A stretch of 64,000 nt of DNA from positions 352,001-416,000 of the forward strand of contig CAXXVO010000007.1 of assembly GCA_963422645.2 (NCBI GenBank), given 5' to 3'. Origin of the DNA: Alphaproteobacteria bacterium (GTDB taxonomy: Bacteria; Pseudomonadota; Alphaproteobacteria; UBA828). Shown here piece by piece: positions 31,416 to 40,125 of this stretch (within the stretch, counting starts at the first letter, position 1; the number at the start of each line of letters is the position of its first letter). The translations under genes were made by a program, and so were the position numbers. The notes under the pieces were generated by a model that saw only the letters and a list, made by a program, of their open reading frames with translations, made no database searches and was not told the origin of the DNA.

Positions 31416-32255
31416 GTGAGCGAGACGCCCGCCGATGGCCGGGTGGCGATCGGCGATTTCGAGGTCGGCAACACCCTGCCGCTCGCACTCATCGCGGGCC
31501 CCTGCGCGATCGAAGGGCGCGACCATGCGCTCCGGGTCTCGGAGACACTGGTCGAGATGACGGCGGCCAGAGACATGCCCTTCGTCTACAAAAGCTCCTT
31601 CGACAAGGCGAACCGCACCTCGGCCGGGAGCCCGCGCGGCATCGGGATCGACGAGGGACTCGCGATCATGGAGGCGGTGCGCGCCGCTCACGGTTGCCCG
31701 GTGCTGACCGACGTGCACCTGCCGGAGCAGTGCGCGGCGGTGGCGCAGGCGGTCGACGTGCTCCAGATTCCGGCCTTCCTCTGCCGCCAGACCGACCTGC
31801 TGCTGGCGGCAGCGGCGACCGGCACGGCCATCAACGTGAAGAAGGGCCAGTTCCTCGCGCCCTGGGACATGCGCCACGTGGTGGCGAAGATCACCGGCGC
31901 CGGCAACCGCCGGGTGCTGGTGTGCGAGCGGGGCGCGAGCTTCGGCTACAACACGCTGGTCTCGGACATGCGGAGCCTGCCGCTGCTGGCGCAGACCGGC
32001 TGCCCGGTGGTGTTCGACGCCACCCATTCGGTGCAACAGCCGGGCGGGCAGGGCTCGTCAAGCGGCGGGCAGCGGGAGTTCGTGCCCGTGCTGGCGCGGG
32101 CGGCGGTTGCGGTGGGCGTCGCCGCGGTGTTTATGGAGACCCACCCGGCGCCCGACGAGGCGCCCTCCGACGGCCCCAACATGGTGCCGCTGGACGCCCT
32201 GCCGGCGCTGCTCGACCGGCTGCTCGCCTTCGACGCGCTGGCCAAGAATTCGTGA
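31416..32255 (+). CDS. kdsA: KDO 8-phosphate synthase
   Basis: [56 protein letters not shown]. Confidence 0.97.
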   Translation: MSETPADGRVAIGDFEVGNTLPLALIAGPCAIEGRDHALRVSETLVEMTAARDMPFVYKSSFDKANRTSAGSPRGIGIDEGLAIMEAVRAAHGCPVLTDVHLPEQCAAVAQAVDVLQIPAFLCRQTDLLLAAAATGTAINVKKGQFLAPWDMRHVVAKITGAGNRRVLVCERGASFGYNTLVSDMRSLPLLAQTGCPVVFDATHSVQQPGGQGSSSGGQREFVPVLARAAVAVGVAAVFMETHPAPDEAPSDGPNMVPLDALPALLDRLLAFDALAKNS

Positions 32256-32266
32256 GGGAGAGAGCG

Positions 32267-33166
32267 ATGAGCGAGGGATGCGTGTTCATCGGTGGCGAAT
32301 ACGTCGCGCCCGAGGACGCCAAGATGTCGATCTTCGACGCAGGCTTCGTCTGGAGCGATACCGTCTACGACGTGACCTCCACCTGGGCCGGCCGGTTCTT
32401 CATGCTGGACGAGCATCTGGAGCGCTTCGAACGCTCCTGCGCGGGCTTCCGGCTGGAGAACCCATACGGCATCGACGAGATGCGCCAAATCCTCGCCGAG
32501 TGCGTGGCGCGGACGGGGCTCGACAACTGCTACGTGAAGATCCAGCTCACCCGCGGTGTGATCCAGAGCCAGACCCGCGACCCCCGCCTCGGGGCCCCCG
32601 AATTCGTGGCTTATGCCACGCCCTACGCCTGGATCTGGGGCGAGGAGAAGTGCCGCAACGGTGCTGCGCTCTATCTCAGCGGCATCGAGCGGGTCTCGTC
32701 CAAGGCGATCGACGCCCGCTACAAGAACTATAACCGCGCAGACCTCGTGCAGGCCCGCTTCGAGGCCTACGACAAGGGCTGCGACGACGCGATCCTGGTG
32801 GGCGCCGACGGCTCGCTCACCGAAGGGCCGGGCTACAACGTCTTCGTCGTGCGCGACGGGGCGGTGGCGACACCCGACAGCAACGTGCTGGAGGGGATCA
32901 CGCGGCGCGCGGTCGCCGAGCTCTGCGAGGAGGAGGGCATTCCCTTCGCCCACCGAAGGGTGGAGCCGGAGGAGCTGGGCGCGGCCGACGAGCTCTTCGC
33001 GAGCACCACGGCCGGCGGTGTCATGCCGGTGGTGCGGCTCGGCGACAAGCCCATCGGCAACGGCCACGCCGGCCTCGTTACCAGCCGCATCCAGTCCCGC
33101 TACTGGCGGAAGCGCGAGGAGGGCTGGCACGGCACGCGGGTGGAGGACATTCGCGCCGCCGCCTAG
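32267..33166 (+). CDS. Class IV PLP aminotransferase
   Basis: SIFDAGFVWSDTVYDV, HLERF, KNYNRADL, EGPGYNVF, LEGITR, STTAGGVMPV. Confidence 0.9.
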   Translation: MSEGCVFIGGEYVAPEDAKMSIFDAGFVWSDTVYDVTSTWAGRFFMLDEHLERFERSCAGFRLENPYGIDEMRQILAECVARTGLDNCYVKIQLTRGVIQSQTRDPRLGAPEFVAYATPYAWIWGEEKCRNGAALYLSGIERVSSKAIDARYKNYNRADLVQARFEAYDKGCDDAILVGADGSLTEGPGYNVFVVRDGAVATPDSNVLEGITRRAVAELCEEEGIPFAHRRVEPEELGAADELFASTTAGGVMPVVRLGDKPIGNGHAGLVTSRIQSRYWRKREEGWHGTRVEDIRAAA

Positions 33167-33169
33167 GCG

Positions 33170-33191
33170 GGCCGGGGGGCGCCCGGCCTTT
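33170..33191 (+). terminator. Possible intrinsic terminator
   Basis: GGCCGGG-GGGCG-CCCGGCC followed by TTT, just after the aminotransferase stop. Confidence 0.4.
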
Positions 33192-33392
33192 CAGAGTCCC
33201 CGGACCATGGTGCGCTGCATGGCGCACGGCGACCGCGTCACCATTGCGCCATGCGGTACGCGAGCAATCAGGTCACGACACGCGGGACGGTCGAAGGAGC
33301 GGCATCCGATGCCGCGTCCGTGACCCTTCAGGCTGGCGCGATCCCGTCGCCGCGCGCGAGACCCTTCGGGCTCGCACGACTTGCGTGCGGGG

Positions 33393-33441
33393 TATCCCGC
33401 TTATCCCACTTGAATCCCACTTATCCCGGCGAATCCCGCTT
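33393..33441. repeat. Short degenerate ATCCC(A/G)CTT repeats in intergenic DNA
   Basis: TATCCCGCTTATCCCACTTGAATCCCACTTATCCCGGCGAATCCCGCTT (5 units). Confidence 0.6.
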
Positions 33442-33533
33442 AGAATTTTGTGAATCCGTCCCGCTTCGCCGCCACGCGGACACGACGAGAGACGGACGGC
33501 AGGCCCCGAGCGCGGCGGCACGAGAGGGGCGGG

Positions 33534-34523
33534 TCAGCGGTCCACGTAGTCCTCGATGTACTGGCGTACCACCTCGTCTAGCGGGGGGTTCAGGGGCAGG
33601 CCGAGGGTCGCCGCGCGGTCCGCCTTCGCGTAGGCCGGCCACGAGCCGACGAGCTGCTGCACCGCCTCATTGGGTGTGTCGATGACGGCGCCGAGGCTGC
33701 GGCCCGCGCCCACGCGCTCCAGCGCCGCCACCATCTCGCCGGCCGTCGCCGAGAAGGAGGGCAGGTTGATGGTGCGATCGTCGCCGAGGGCCGCGCTCGG
33801 CAGCTCGTGCAGGGCGAGGAGGCCATCCACGATGGTACGGTAGCCGCCGAGGACGATGCGCGTGTCCCGGCTGACCGGAAGCTCGTGGTCGATGCCGGCG
33901 AGCGGCTCGCGGAAGAGCCCGCTGGCGAAGCCGGAGGCCGCCTTGTTGGGCTTGCCCGGCCGCACGATTACGGTGGGCGGGCGCCCGCCGCGGCCATCGA
34001 GCCAGCCCTTGCGGGTGCAGTCGGCCACCAGGTGCTCGTTGATGACCTTGGTCACGCCATAGGTGCCTTGCGGCGTGATCTTGGTGACGTCGGAGATGGT
34101 CTCGGGCAGCGCGCTGCCGCCATAGACGGCGATGCTGCTGGTGAAGACGAGCCGCGGCAGCCCGGGTGCGGCGCGGCAGGCGTCGAGCACGTTGAGGCCG
34201 CCGGTCAGGTTCACGCTAAGAGCGAGGTCGAAGTCCTGCTCGGCGCCGGCGCTGACCACGGACGCGAAATGGAAGACCGAGAGCGATTCGCCCGCGATGA
34301 GCGCGCGGATTGTCTCGCCGTCGGAGACATCGCCCGCGACCGTCTCCACCCGCTCATCGTCGAGCCCCGCTGGCGCCTGCTCCGGCACTGCGGCGTCGAA
34401 GAGGATAAGCTCGTCGATCGGCTCTTGGTCTCCGGATGCGCCGGTCAGCGTCCCCCGGTCGAGCAGTGCCCGTGCGAGGCGCTGCCCGAGAAAGCCCAGT
34501 CCGCCCGTAATCACCACCTTCAT
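33534..34523 (-). CDS. denD: D-erythronate dehydrogenase-like NAD-dependent epimerase/dehydratase
   Basis: ITGGLGFLG, VVSAGAEQDFDL, YGVTK, VRPGKPNKAASGFASGLFREPL. Confidence 0.8.
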   Translation of the reverse strand: MKVVITGGLGFLGQRLARALLDRGTLTGASGDQEPIDELILFDAAVPEQAPAGLDDERVETVAGDVSDGETIRALIAGESLSVFHFASVVSAGAEQDFDLALSVNLTGGLNVLDACRAAPGLPRLVFTSSIAVYGGSALPETISDVTKITPQGTYGVTKVINEHLVADCTRKGWLDGRGGRPPTVIVRPGKPNKAASGFASGLFREPLAGIDHELPVSRDTRIVLGGYRTIVDGLLALHELPSAALGDDRTINLPSFSATAGEMVAALERVGAGRSLGAVIDTPNEAVQQLVGSWPAYAKADRAATLGLPLNPPLDEVVRQYIEDYVDR

Positions 34524-34672
34524 GCGTGCGCTCCCCCCTCTTGGTCTGGTTCGTGCCCAACATATCCTATTGGCAGGGCACGCCGGTATGCGGATGATAG
34601 CCGCCCGGACCATGCCGCCCGCCGCGAGACCGCGGCAGGGCAGGGAAGCATAGCGGGGCGAGGGGAGGCGGA

Positions 34673-35821
34673 ATGACCACAAGGGCGGCGCTTGGGCCGA
34701 ACGAATCTCTGATCGACGAGCGCGAATCGCGTGCCCGCCTGATTACGCCTGCGCTGGTGCTCGATCTCGACGCGATGGAGCGCAATATCGCAACCATGGC
34801 GGCTTACGCGGCGGAGCAGGGCGTCGCTCTCCGACCTCACGCGAAGACCCACAAGAGCGTGCAGATCGCGCGCCGCCAGCAGGAAGCCGGCGCGCTCGGC
34901 ATCTGTTGCGCCACGCTCGGCGAGGCCGAGGCGCTGGCGGCAGGAGGGATCGAGGGGCTGCTCATCACCTCGCCTATCGTGGCGCCCGCCAAGGTCAACC
35001 GCCTCATGGTGCTCCGCCGGGACCATGAATCGCTCATGGCGACGGCGGACGACATGGGCAATCTGCGCGCGCTGGAGAGTGCTGCGGCAGCGTCCGGGTT
35101 CGTGCTGGACGTGGTGATCGATGTCGATGTCGGGCTGCATCGCACCGGCGCCCGCGATGCGGAGACTGCGGTGGCGCTGGCGGAAGTCGCAGACGCGAGC
35201 GAGAGCCTGCGATTCTGCGGGCTTCAGGGCTATGCCGGTCATGTCCAGCACATCGAGGATTTCGGCGCCCGCCGCACGACCTCCCACGGCGACCTCGCGC
35301 CGCTGGGCGAGGCCCGCGACCGGCTGGTTGCACAGGGCATCGAGGTGCCGATCGTCAGCGGCGCCGGCACCGGGACCCACGATATCGACACGGAGATCGG
35401 GTTGATGACCGAGCTCCAGGTCGGCTCCTACGCGGTGATGGATGTCGAGTACCTCGACGTCCAGGCGCGGGAGGGCGGGGACTGGCGCTTCGAGCCCGCG
35501 CTCTTCGTCCGCTCGACCGTGGTCTCCGCCAGCCACGACGGCAGCGCGACCATGGATGCCGGCCTCAAGTGCTTCGCCACCGACGGGCCGCTGCCGCGCT
35601 TCCACACCGGCGTGCCCATCGGCGCGCACTACCAGCATTTCGGCGATGAGCACGGGCGCATCGTCTTCGCGAGCGCCAACGAGCGCTTGGCCATCGGTGC
35701 GGCGCTCGAATGCATCGTGCCGCACTGCGACCCCACCGTGAACCTCTATGACCACTACCACTGCGTGCGCGGCGAGACCCTGGTCGATATCTGGCCGATC
35801 GAAGCCCGCGGCCGCCATTAG
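34673..35821 (+). CDS. DSD1-family PLP enzyme (D-threonine aldolase / 3-hydroxy-D-aspartate aldolase-like)
   Basis: TPALVLD, LRPHAKTHK, GLHRTG, QGYAGH, ELQVGSY, DEHG, HCDPTVNL. Confidence 0.9.
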   Translation: MTTRAALGPNESLIDERESRARLITPALVLDLDAMERNIATMAAYAAEQGVALRPHAKTHKSVQIARRQQEAGALGICCATLGEAEALAAGGIEGLLITSPIVAPAKVNRLMVLRRDHESLMATADDMGNLRALESAAAASGFVLDVVIDVDVGLHRTGARDAETAVALAEVADASESLRFCGLQGYAGHVQHIEDFGARRTTSHGDLAPLGEARDRLVAQGIEVPIVSGAGTGTHDIDTEIGLMTELQVGSYAVMDVEYLDVQAREGGDWRFEPALFVRSTVVSASHDGSATMDAGLKCFATDGPLPRFHTGVPIGAHYQHFGDEHGRIVFASANERLAIGAALECIVPHCDPTVNLYDHYHCVRGETLVDIWPIEARGRH

Positions 35822-35894
35822 GGCGATGGAACCGACCTTCGCAATGATTCCACTTCGATCAAGTCATGCGCCCGGCGGGACTCTTCTCTCCCAC

Positions 35895-36005
35895 CGTCAT
35901 GGCCGGGCTTGTCCCGGCCATCCACGTGGCCATGCCATCCTCCCGGGGCGGCGAGACGGCAGCGTGGCTCTGCAGTGGATGCCCGGAACAAGTCCGGGCA
36001 TGACG
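35895..36005. repeat. Alphaproteobacterial REP-like palindromic element
   Basis: CGTCATGGCCGGGCTTGTCCCGGCCATCCAC ... GTGGATGCCCGGAACAAGTCCGGGCATGACG, an inverted pair with internal hairpins. Confidence 0.85.
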
Positions 36006-36077
36006 AAGGGAGGGCGAGGCGCGATTGTCTCGTTCGTTACGATCCGCGCTGTAGTTCCTGGACACTAGGGGCGGGTC

Positions 36078-37181
36078 ATGGCGTCGATTTCGCTTGCCGG
36101 TTTGACCAAGCGCTTTGGCGATTTGACGGCCGTCGCCTCGCTTGATCTTGAGATTGGGGACAAGGAGTTCGTGGCGCTGCTGGGGCCGTCGGGCTGCGGC
36201 AAGACCACGACCATGAACATGATCGCGGGCATCGAGCCGCCGTCCGAGGGCCAGATCCTCTTCGACGGGCGCGACGTGCGCCAGGTGCCGCCCAACCAGC
36301 GCAAGGTCGGCTTCGTGTTCCAGAACTACGCCATCTTCACCCATATGTCTGTGCGGAAGAACCTGGCGTTCGGCCTGCAAGTGCGTGGCGTCCCGAAGGA
36401 CGAGGTCGAGCGCCGCGTCGCCGCCATGGCGGCGCTCATGCGCCTCGAAGACCGGCTCGACTGGCCCACCGCGAAGCTCAGCGTGAACGAGCTGCAGAAG
36501 GTGGCGATCGGGCGCTCGGCCATCACCGAGCCCGAGATCTTTCTGCTGGACGAGCCGCTGAGCAATCTGGACGCGGCCTTCCGCGCCTTCATGCGGACCG
36601 AGCTCAAGCACCTGCAGCACCAGTTCCAGCAGACCATGGTCTACGTCACCCACGACCAGATCGAGGCGATGAGCCTGGCGGACCGGATTGCGGTGATGGA
36701 CCTGGGCGTGCTGCAGCAGTACGGCTCGCCCATCGAGGTCTACAACGAGCCGCGCAACGTCTTCGTCGCCAACTTCATGGGCAGCCCCAGCATGAACCTG
36801 GTGCCGTGCGCATTGACGGGCGGGGACGGCAGCTATGCGCTCGACTTCGGCGAAGGCGGCAGCGCGGCGGTGGAAGACGGCGCGCTCAAGCGGCGCTGCG
36901 CTGCGGCGCGGGATGCTGCGCTGATCTTCGGCGCCCGGCCGGAGGACCTGGAGATCGAGCCGCCGGGCAACACTGCGCCTGGCATCGAGGCGACGGTGAC
37001 CTTCGTCGAGCCGATCGGCCCGCGCACGATCGTTCATCTTGCCGCAGGCGAGCGCCGGCTGAAGATCGCCAAGGGCAAGCACTACGGCATCGAGCTCGGA
37101 GCCCGGGTCAAGGCGATGCTGCCGCCGGGCAAGTGCCACCTCTTCGATGCGGAGACCGGCGAGGCGCTGGGCCTCGCCTAG
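36078..37181 (+). CDS. MalK-type ABC transporter ATP-binding protein (degenerate signature)
   Basis: GPSGCGKTT, FQNYA, signature LSVNE, LDEPLSNLD, YVTHDQ, TOBE domain. Confidence 0.92.
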   Translation: MASISLAGLTKRFGDLTAVASLDLEIGDKEFVALLGPSGCGKTTTMNMIAGIEPPSEGQILFDGRDVRQVPPNQRKVGFVFQNYAIFTHMSVRKNLAFGLQVRGVPKDEVERRVAAMAALMRLEDRLDWPTAKLSVNELQKVAIGRSAITEPEIFLLDEPLSNLDAAFRAFMRTELKHLQHQFQQTMVYVTHDQIEAMSLADRIAVMDLGVLQQYGSPIEVYNEPRNVFVANFMGSPSMNLVPCALTGGDGSYALDFGEGGSAAVEDGALKRRCAAARDAALIFGARPEDLEIEPPGNTAPGIEATVTFVEPIGPRTIVHLAAGERRLKIAKGKHYGIELGARVKAMLPPGKCHLFDAETGEALGLA

Positions 37182-37229
37182 CCCGGGCCGGTCACCGTCA
37201 CGCACCTGCGAGGAACCTGTACGGACGTC

Positions 37230-38309
37230 ATGGCACGGCTGGAACTGAGGAACGCGAGCAAGTCCTACGGCAAGACCGTTGCGGTGAAGGACATCGACCT
37301 GGATGTCGAGGACAACGAGTTCTTCTGCATCTTCGGTCCGCCGAGCTCGGGCAAGACGACGATCCTGCGCCTGCTGCTCGGGCTGGTGGCGCCGGACAAG
37401 GGCGAAATCGTCATCGGCGATAAGCCCGTCGTCGAACAGGGGCCGAAGGAGCGCAATCTGGCGATGGTGTTCCAGAACCTCGCGCTCTTTCCGCACATGA
37501 GCGCCGGACAGAACCTCGCCTTTCCGCTGGTTGAGCGGAAGATGGAGAAGGCCGCGATCATGGCGCGCGTCGCCGAGGTGGCGGAGACGCTTCACATCAC
37601 GCCGCTGTTGGACAAGCCGCCGGCGCACTTGAGCGGCGGCGAGCGCCAGCGCGTGGCCATCGGCCGGGCGCTGGTGCGGGACCCTGCGGCCTTCCTGATG
37701 GACGAGCCGATCGCGGCGCTCGATGCCAGGCTGCGCGAGGAGATGCGGGTCGAGCTCAAGCGGCTGCAGCGTGAGCTGCATCACACCATCGTCTACGTCA
37801 CCCACGACCAGGAGGAGGCGATGTCGATCGCGGATCGCATCGCCGTCATGGAGGCCGGCGAGATCCGCCAGGTGGGGACGCCGGCAGAGATCTACAACCT
37901 GCCGAACAGCCGCTACGTGGCCGAGCTGATCGGCGCGCCGCCGATGAACTTCGTGGACGGCGCGCTCGTGGACGGTGGCCGATTCGAGGGGCGCGACGTG
38001 CCGCTTGCGATCACGCTGGAGGGTGCGGAGGGGAGGGGGCCTGCGGCGCTTGCGGTGCGGCCCGAGGACCTGGAGATCGACACCTCCGGCGCCGTCGCGA
38101 AGGGCGGGGTCGAGGCTTCGATCTACGAGGTCGAGCCGCTGGGTGCGTTCACCATCGTCGATGTCAGCGCGGGCGAGCAGATCCTCAAGGTGCAGGCGCC
38201 GGGCCAACCTCACTTCACCCTCGGCGAGCGGGTGAGTCTCGTCCTTCATCCCGACCGCTGCCACCTCTTCCAAGGCGAAAGCGGCGACCTCATCCGATCC
38301 GCACGATAA
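37230..38309 (+). CDS. MalK-type ABC transporter ATP-binding protein
   Basis: GPPSSGKTT, LSGGERQR, MDEP, YVTHDQ. Confidence 0.92.
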   Translation: MARLELRNASKSYGKTVAVKDIDLDVEDNEFFCIFGPPSSGKTTILRLLLGLVAPDKGEIVIGDKPVVEQGPKERNLAMVFQNLALFPHMSAGQNLAFPLVERKMEKAAIMARVAEVAETLHITPLLDKPPAHLSGGERQRVAIGRALVRDPAAFLMDEPIAALDARLREEMRVELKRLQRELHHTIVYVTHDQEEAMSIADRIAVMEAGEIRQVGTPAEIYNLPNSRYVAELIGAPPMNFVDGALVDGGRFEGRDVPLAITLEGAEGRGPAALAVRPEDLEIDTSGAVAKGGVEASIYEVEPLGAFTIVDVSAGEQILKVQAPGQPHFTLGERVSLVLHPDRCHLFQGESGDLIRSAR

Positions 38310-38390
38310 AGGACGCAAGCGCGTTGCCTGCGGCCAGCACGCCGCGTTAGGGTAGAAAGAGGAGAGTGGTTTCTACCCTGGTGGCCGACC

Positions 38391-38648
38391 ATGAGCCTCA
38401 ACATCAAGAATGACGAGACCTGCCGGCTGGCCCGCGAGCTCGCGCAGCTTACCGGCGAGAGCATGACCGGCGCCATCACGATAGCGCTCCGCGAGCGGCT
38501 GGAGCGCGAGACGCGTGCGCGCAGCGTGGAGGAACGCTTGAAGAAGATTCGCGCCATTGCCGAGCGCTGCGCAAAGGATCTCCAGCCAGGACCATCGGCT
38601 GTGGAGCACGGTGACCTGCTCTATGACGAGCGGGGCCTGCCCAAGTGA
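38391..38648 (+). CDS. vapB: VapB antitoxin (Rv0623-like)
   Basis: MSLNIKN..ARELA..TGES.T.AI..ALRERL...LYDERGLP; overlaps vapC. Confidence 0.9.
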   Translation: MSLNIKNDETCRLARELAQLTGESMTGAITIALRERLERETRARSVEERLKKIRAIAERCAKDLQPGPSAVEHGDLLYDERGLPK

Positions 38649-39031
38649 TCGTCGATAGTTCGGCCCTACTTGCCGTTCTATTCCGTGAGCCGGATGCCGA
38701 ACGCTACGAGACGGCGCTCGCCGCCGCTCCCTCGTGTCGGATGTCGCTCGGCAATGTTCTCGAGGCATCCATCGTGTGGGAAGGTCGCGGTGGCCCGGCG
38801 GCGAGTCAACGGCTAGATCTGTTCATGAATCAGGTCGGGATCGAAATGGTTCCGGTGACGGCGGAGCACGTTACGGCTGCCCGCCAAGCCTGGCGGCGCT
38901 TCGGCAAGGGCAGTCACCCGGCCTCGCTGAACTTCGGGGATTGCTTCGCCTACGCGCTGGCCGAGGTCACTGGCGAGCCGCTGCTGTTCAAAGGCGACGA
39001 CTTCGCTCTGACCGATATTGAGGCGGCGTAG
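38645..39031 (+). CDS. vapC: VapC PIN-domain toxin
   Basis: IVDSSAL, GKGSHPASLNFGDCFAYALA, LLFKGDDF. Confidence 0.93.
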   Translation: MIVDSSALLAVLFREPDAERYETALAAAPSCRMSLGNVLEASIVWEGRGGPAASQRLDLFMNQVGIEMVPVTAEHVTAARQAWRRFGKGSHPASLNFGDCFAYALAEVTGEPLLFKGDDFALTDIEAA

Positions 39032-39040
39032 GCGCGACGC

Positions 39041-39925
39041 CTACATGTTCTGCAGCAGGTGAACCAGGCTGGAGGTATCCCAGCGGTTGCCGCCGCGCTG
39101 CTGGACGTGGGCGTAGAACTGGTCCACCAGCATCGACATCGGCAGGAGCGCGCCGTTTTTCTTGCCCTCCTCGAAACAGAGGCCCAGGTCCTTACGCATC
39201 CAGTCCACGGCGAAGCCGAACTCGAACTCGCCTCTCAGCATGGTCGAGCCGCGGTTCTCCATCTGCCAGGACTGCGCTGCGCCCTTGGAGATGACTTCGA
39301 GCACGGTCTCGCCGTCGAGGCCGGCCCGCTGGGCGAAATTGAGGGCCTCGGCGAGTCCCTGAACCACGCCCGCGATGCAGATCTGGTTCACCATCTTGGT
39401 GAGCTGGCCGTTCCCCGCCGGCCCCATGTGGGTGACGTTGCGCGCGAACGCGTCGATGACCGGCTGAGCGCGGGCGAACTCGGCTTCGTCGCCACCCACC
39501 ATCACGGTCAGCATGCCGTTCTCGGCGCCCGCCTGCCCGCCCGAGACCGGCGCGTCGAGGAAGCCCACGCCCCGCTCCTTGGCTGCGGCATAGACCTCGC
39601 GGGCGACGACAGCGGAATCGGTGGTGTGGTCGATGAAGATGGTGCCTTCTGCCATGTCGGCAAGCGCGCCGTCCTCGCCGTAGACGACCGCGCGCAAGTC
39701 GTCATCGGCACCGACGCAGGCGAACACCATCTCCGCGCCTTGGGCGGCCGCTGCGGGGGTCGCAGCGGCACGGCCTTGGTAGGTCTCGGTCCACTGCGAG
39801 GCCTTGGCAGCGGTTCGGTTGTAAACGGTGACCTCATGGCCCGCGCTCGCGAGATGCCCCGCCATGGGGGACCCCATCACGCCGAGCCCGAGAAAGGCCA
39901 CCTTGGTGCCGCTGCCATCGCCCAT
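39041..39925 (-). CDS. 3-hydroxyisobutyrate dehydrogenase-family NAD(P)-dependent oxidoreductase
   Basis: AFLGLGVMG, DAPVSGGQAGA, GQLTKMVNQ, GFAVDWMRKDL. Confidence 0.92.
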   Translation of the reverse strand: MGDGSGTKVAFLGLGVMGSPMAGHLASAGHEVTVYNRTAAKASQWTETYQGRAAATPAAAAQGAEMVFACVGADDDLRAVVYGEDGALADMAEGTIFIDHTTDSAVVAREVYAAAKERGVGFLDAPVSGGQAGAENGMLTVMVGGDEAEFARAQPVIDAFARNVTHMGPAGNGQLTKMVNQICIAGVVQGLAEALNFAQRAGLDGETVLEVISKGAAQSWQMENRGSTMLRGEFEFGFAVDWMRKDLGLCFEEGKKNGALLPMSMLVDQFYAHVQQRGGNRWDTSSLVHLLQNM

Positions 39926-40017
39926 ACTTCGTCCCTCCTCGCCGGCTTCTCGCGCCAACGCGCGGCATCCTAGCCACGCCGAAACAGCCGGGCAATGACG
40001 GCCCTGACGCCAATCTA

Positions 40018-40031
40018 TTGACGCAGATCAA
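40018..40031 (+). promoter_or_regulatory. FNR/CRP-family (FixK/NnrR/DNR-type) binding box upstream of nosR
   Basis: TTGACGCAGATCAA matches TTGAT-N4-ATCAA with one mismatch. Confidence 0.8.
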
Positions 40032-40125
40032 GGCGCAGGCGTGTGCGCGCTTCAGACTGGCTCCGAGGGCATCCGTCGCCGCACTTCTCGGGAAGCGATT
40101 GCCCAGTCGCCACAACGTGCATGCC

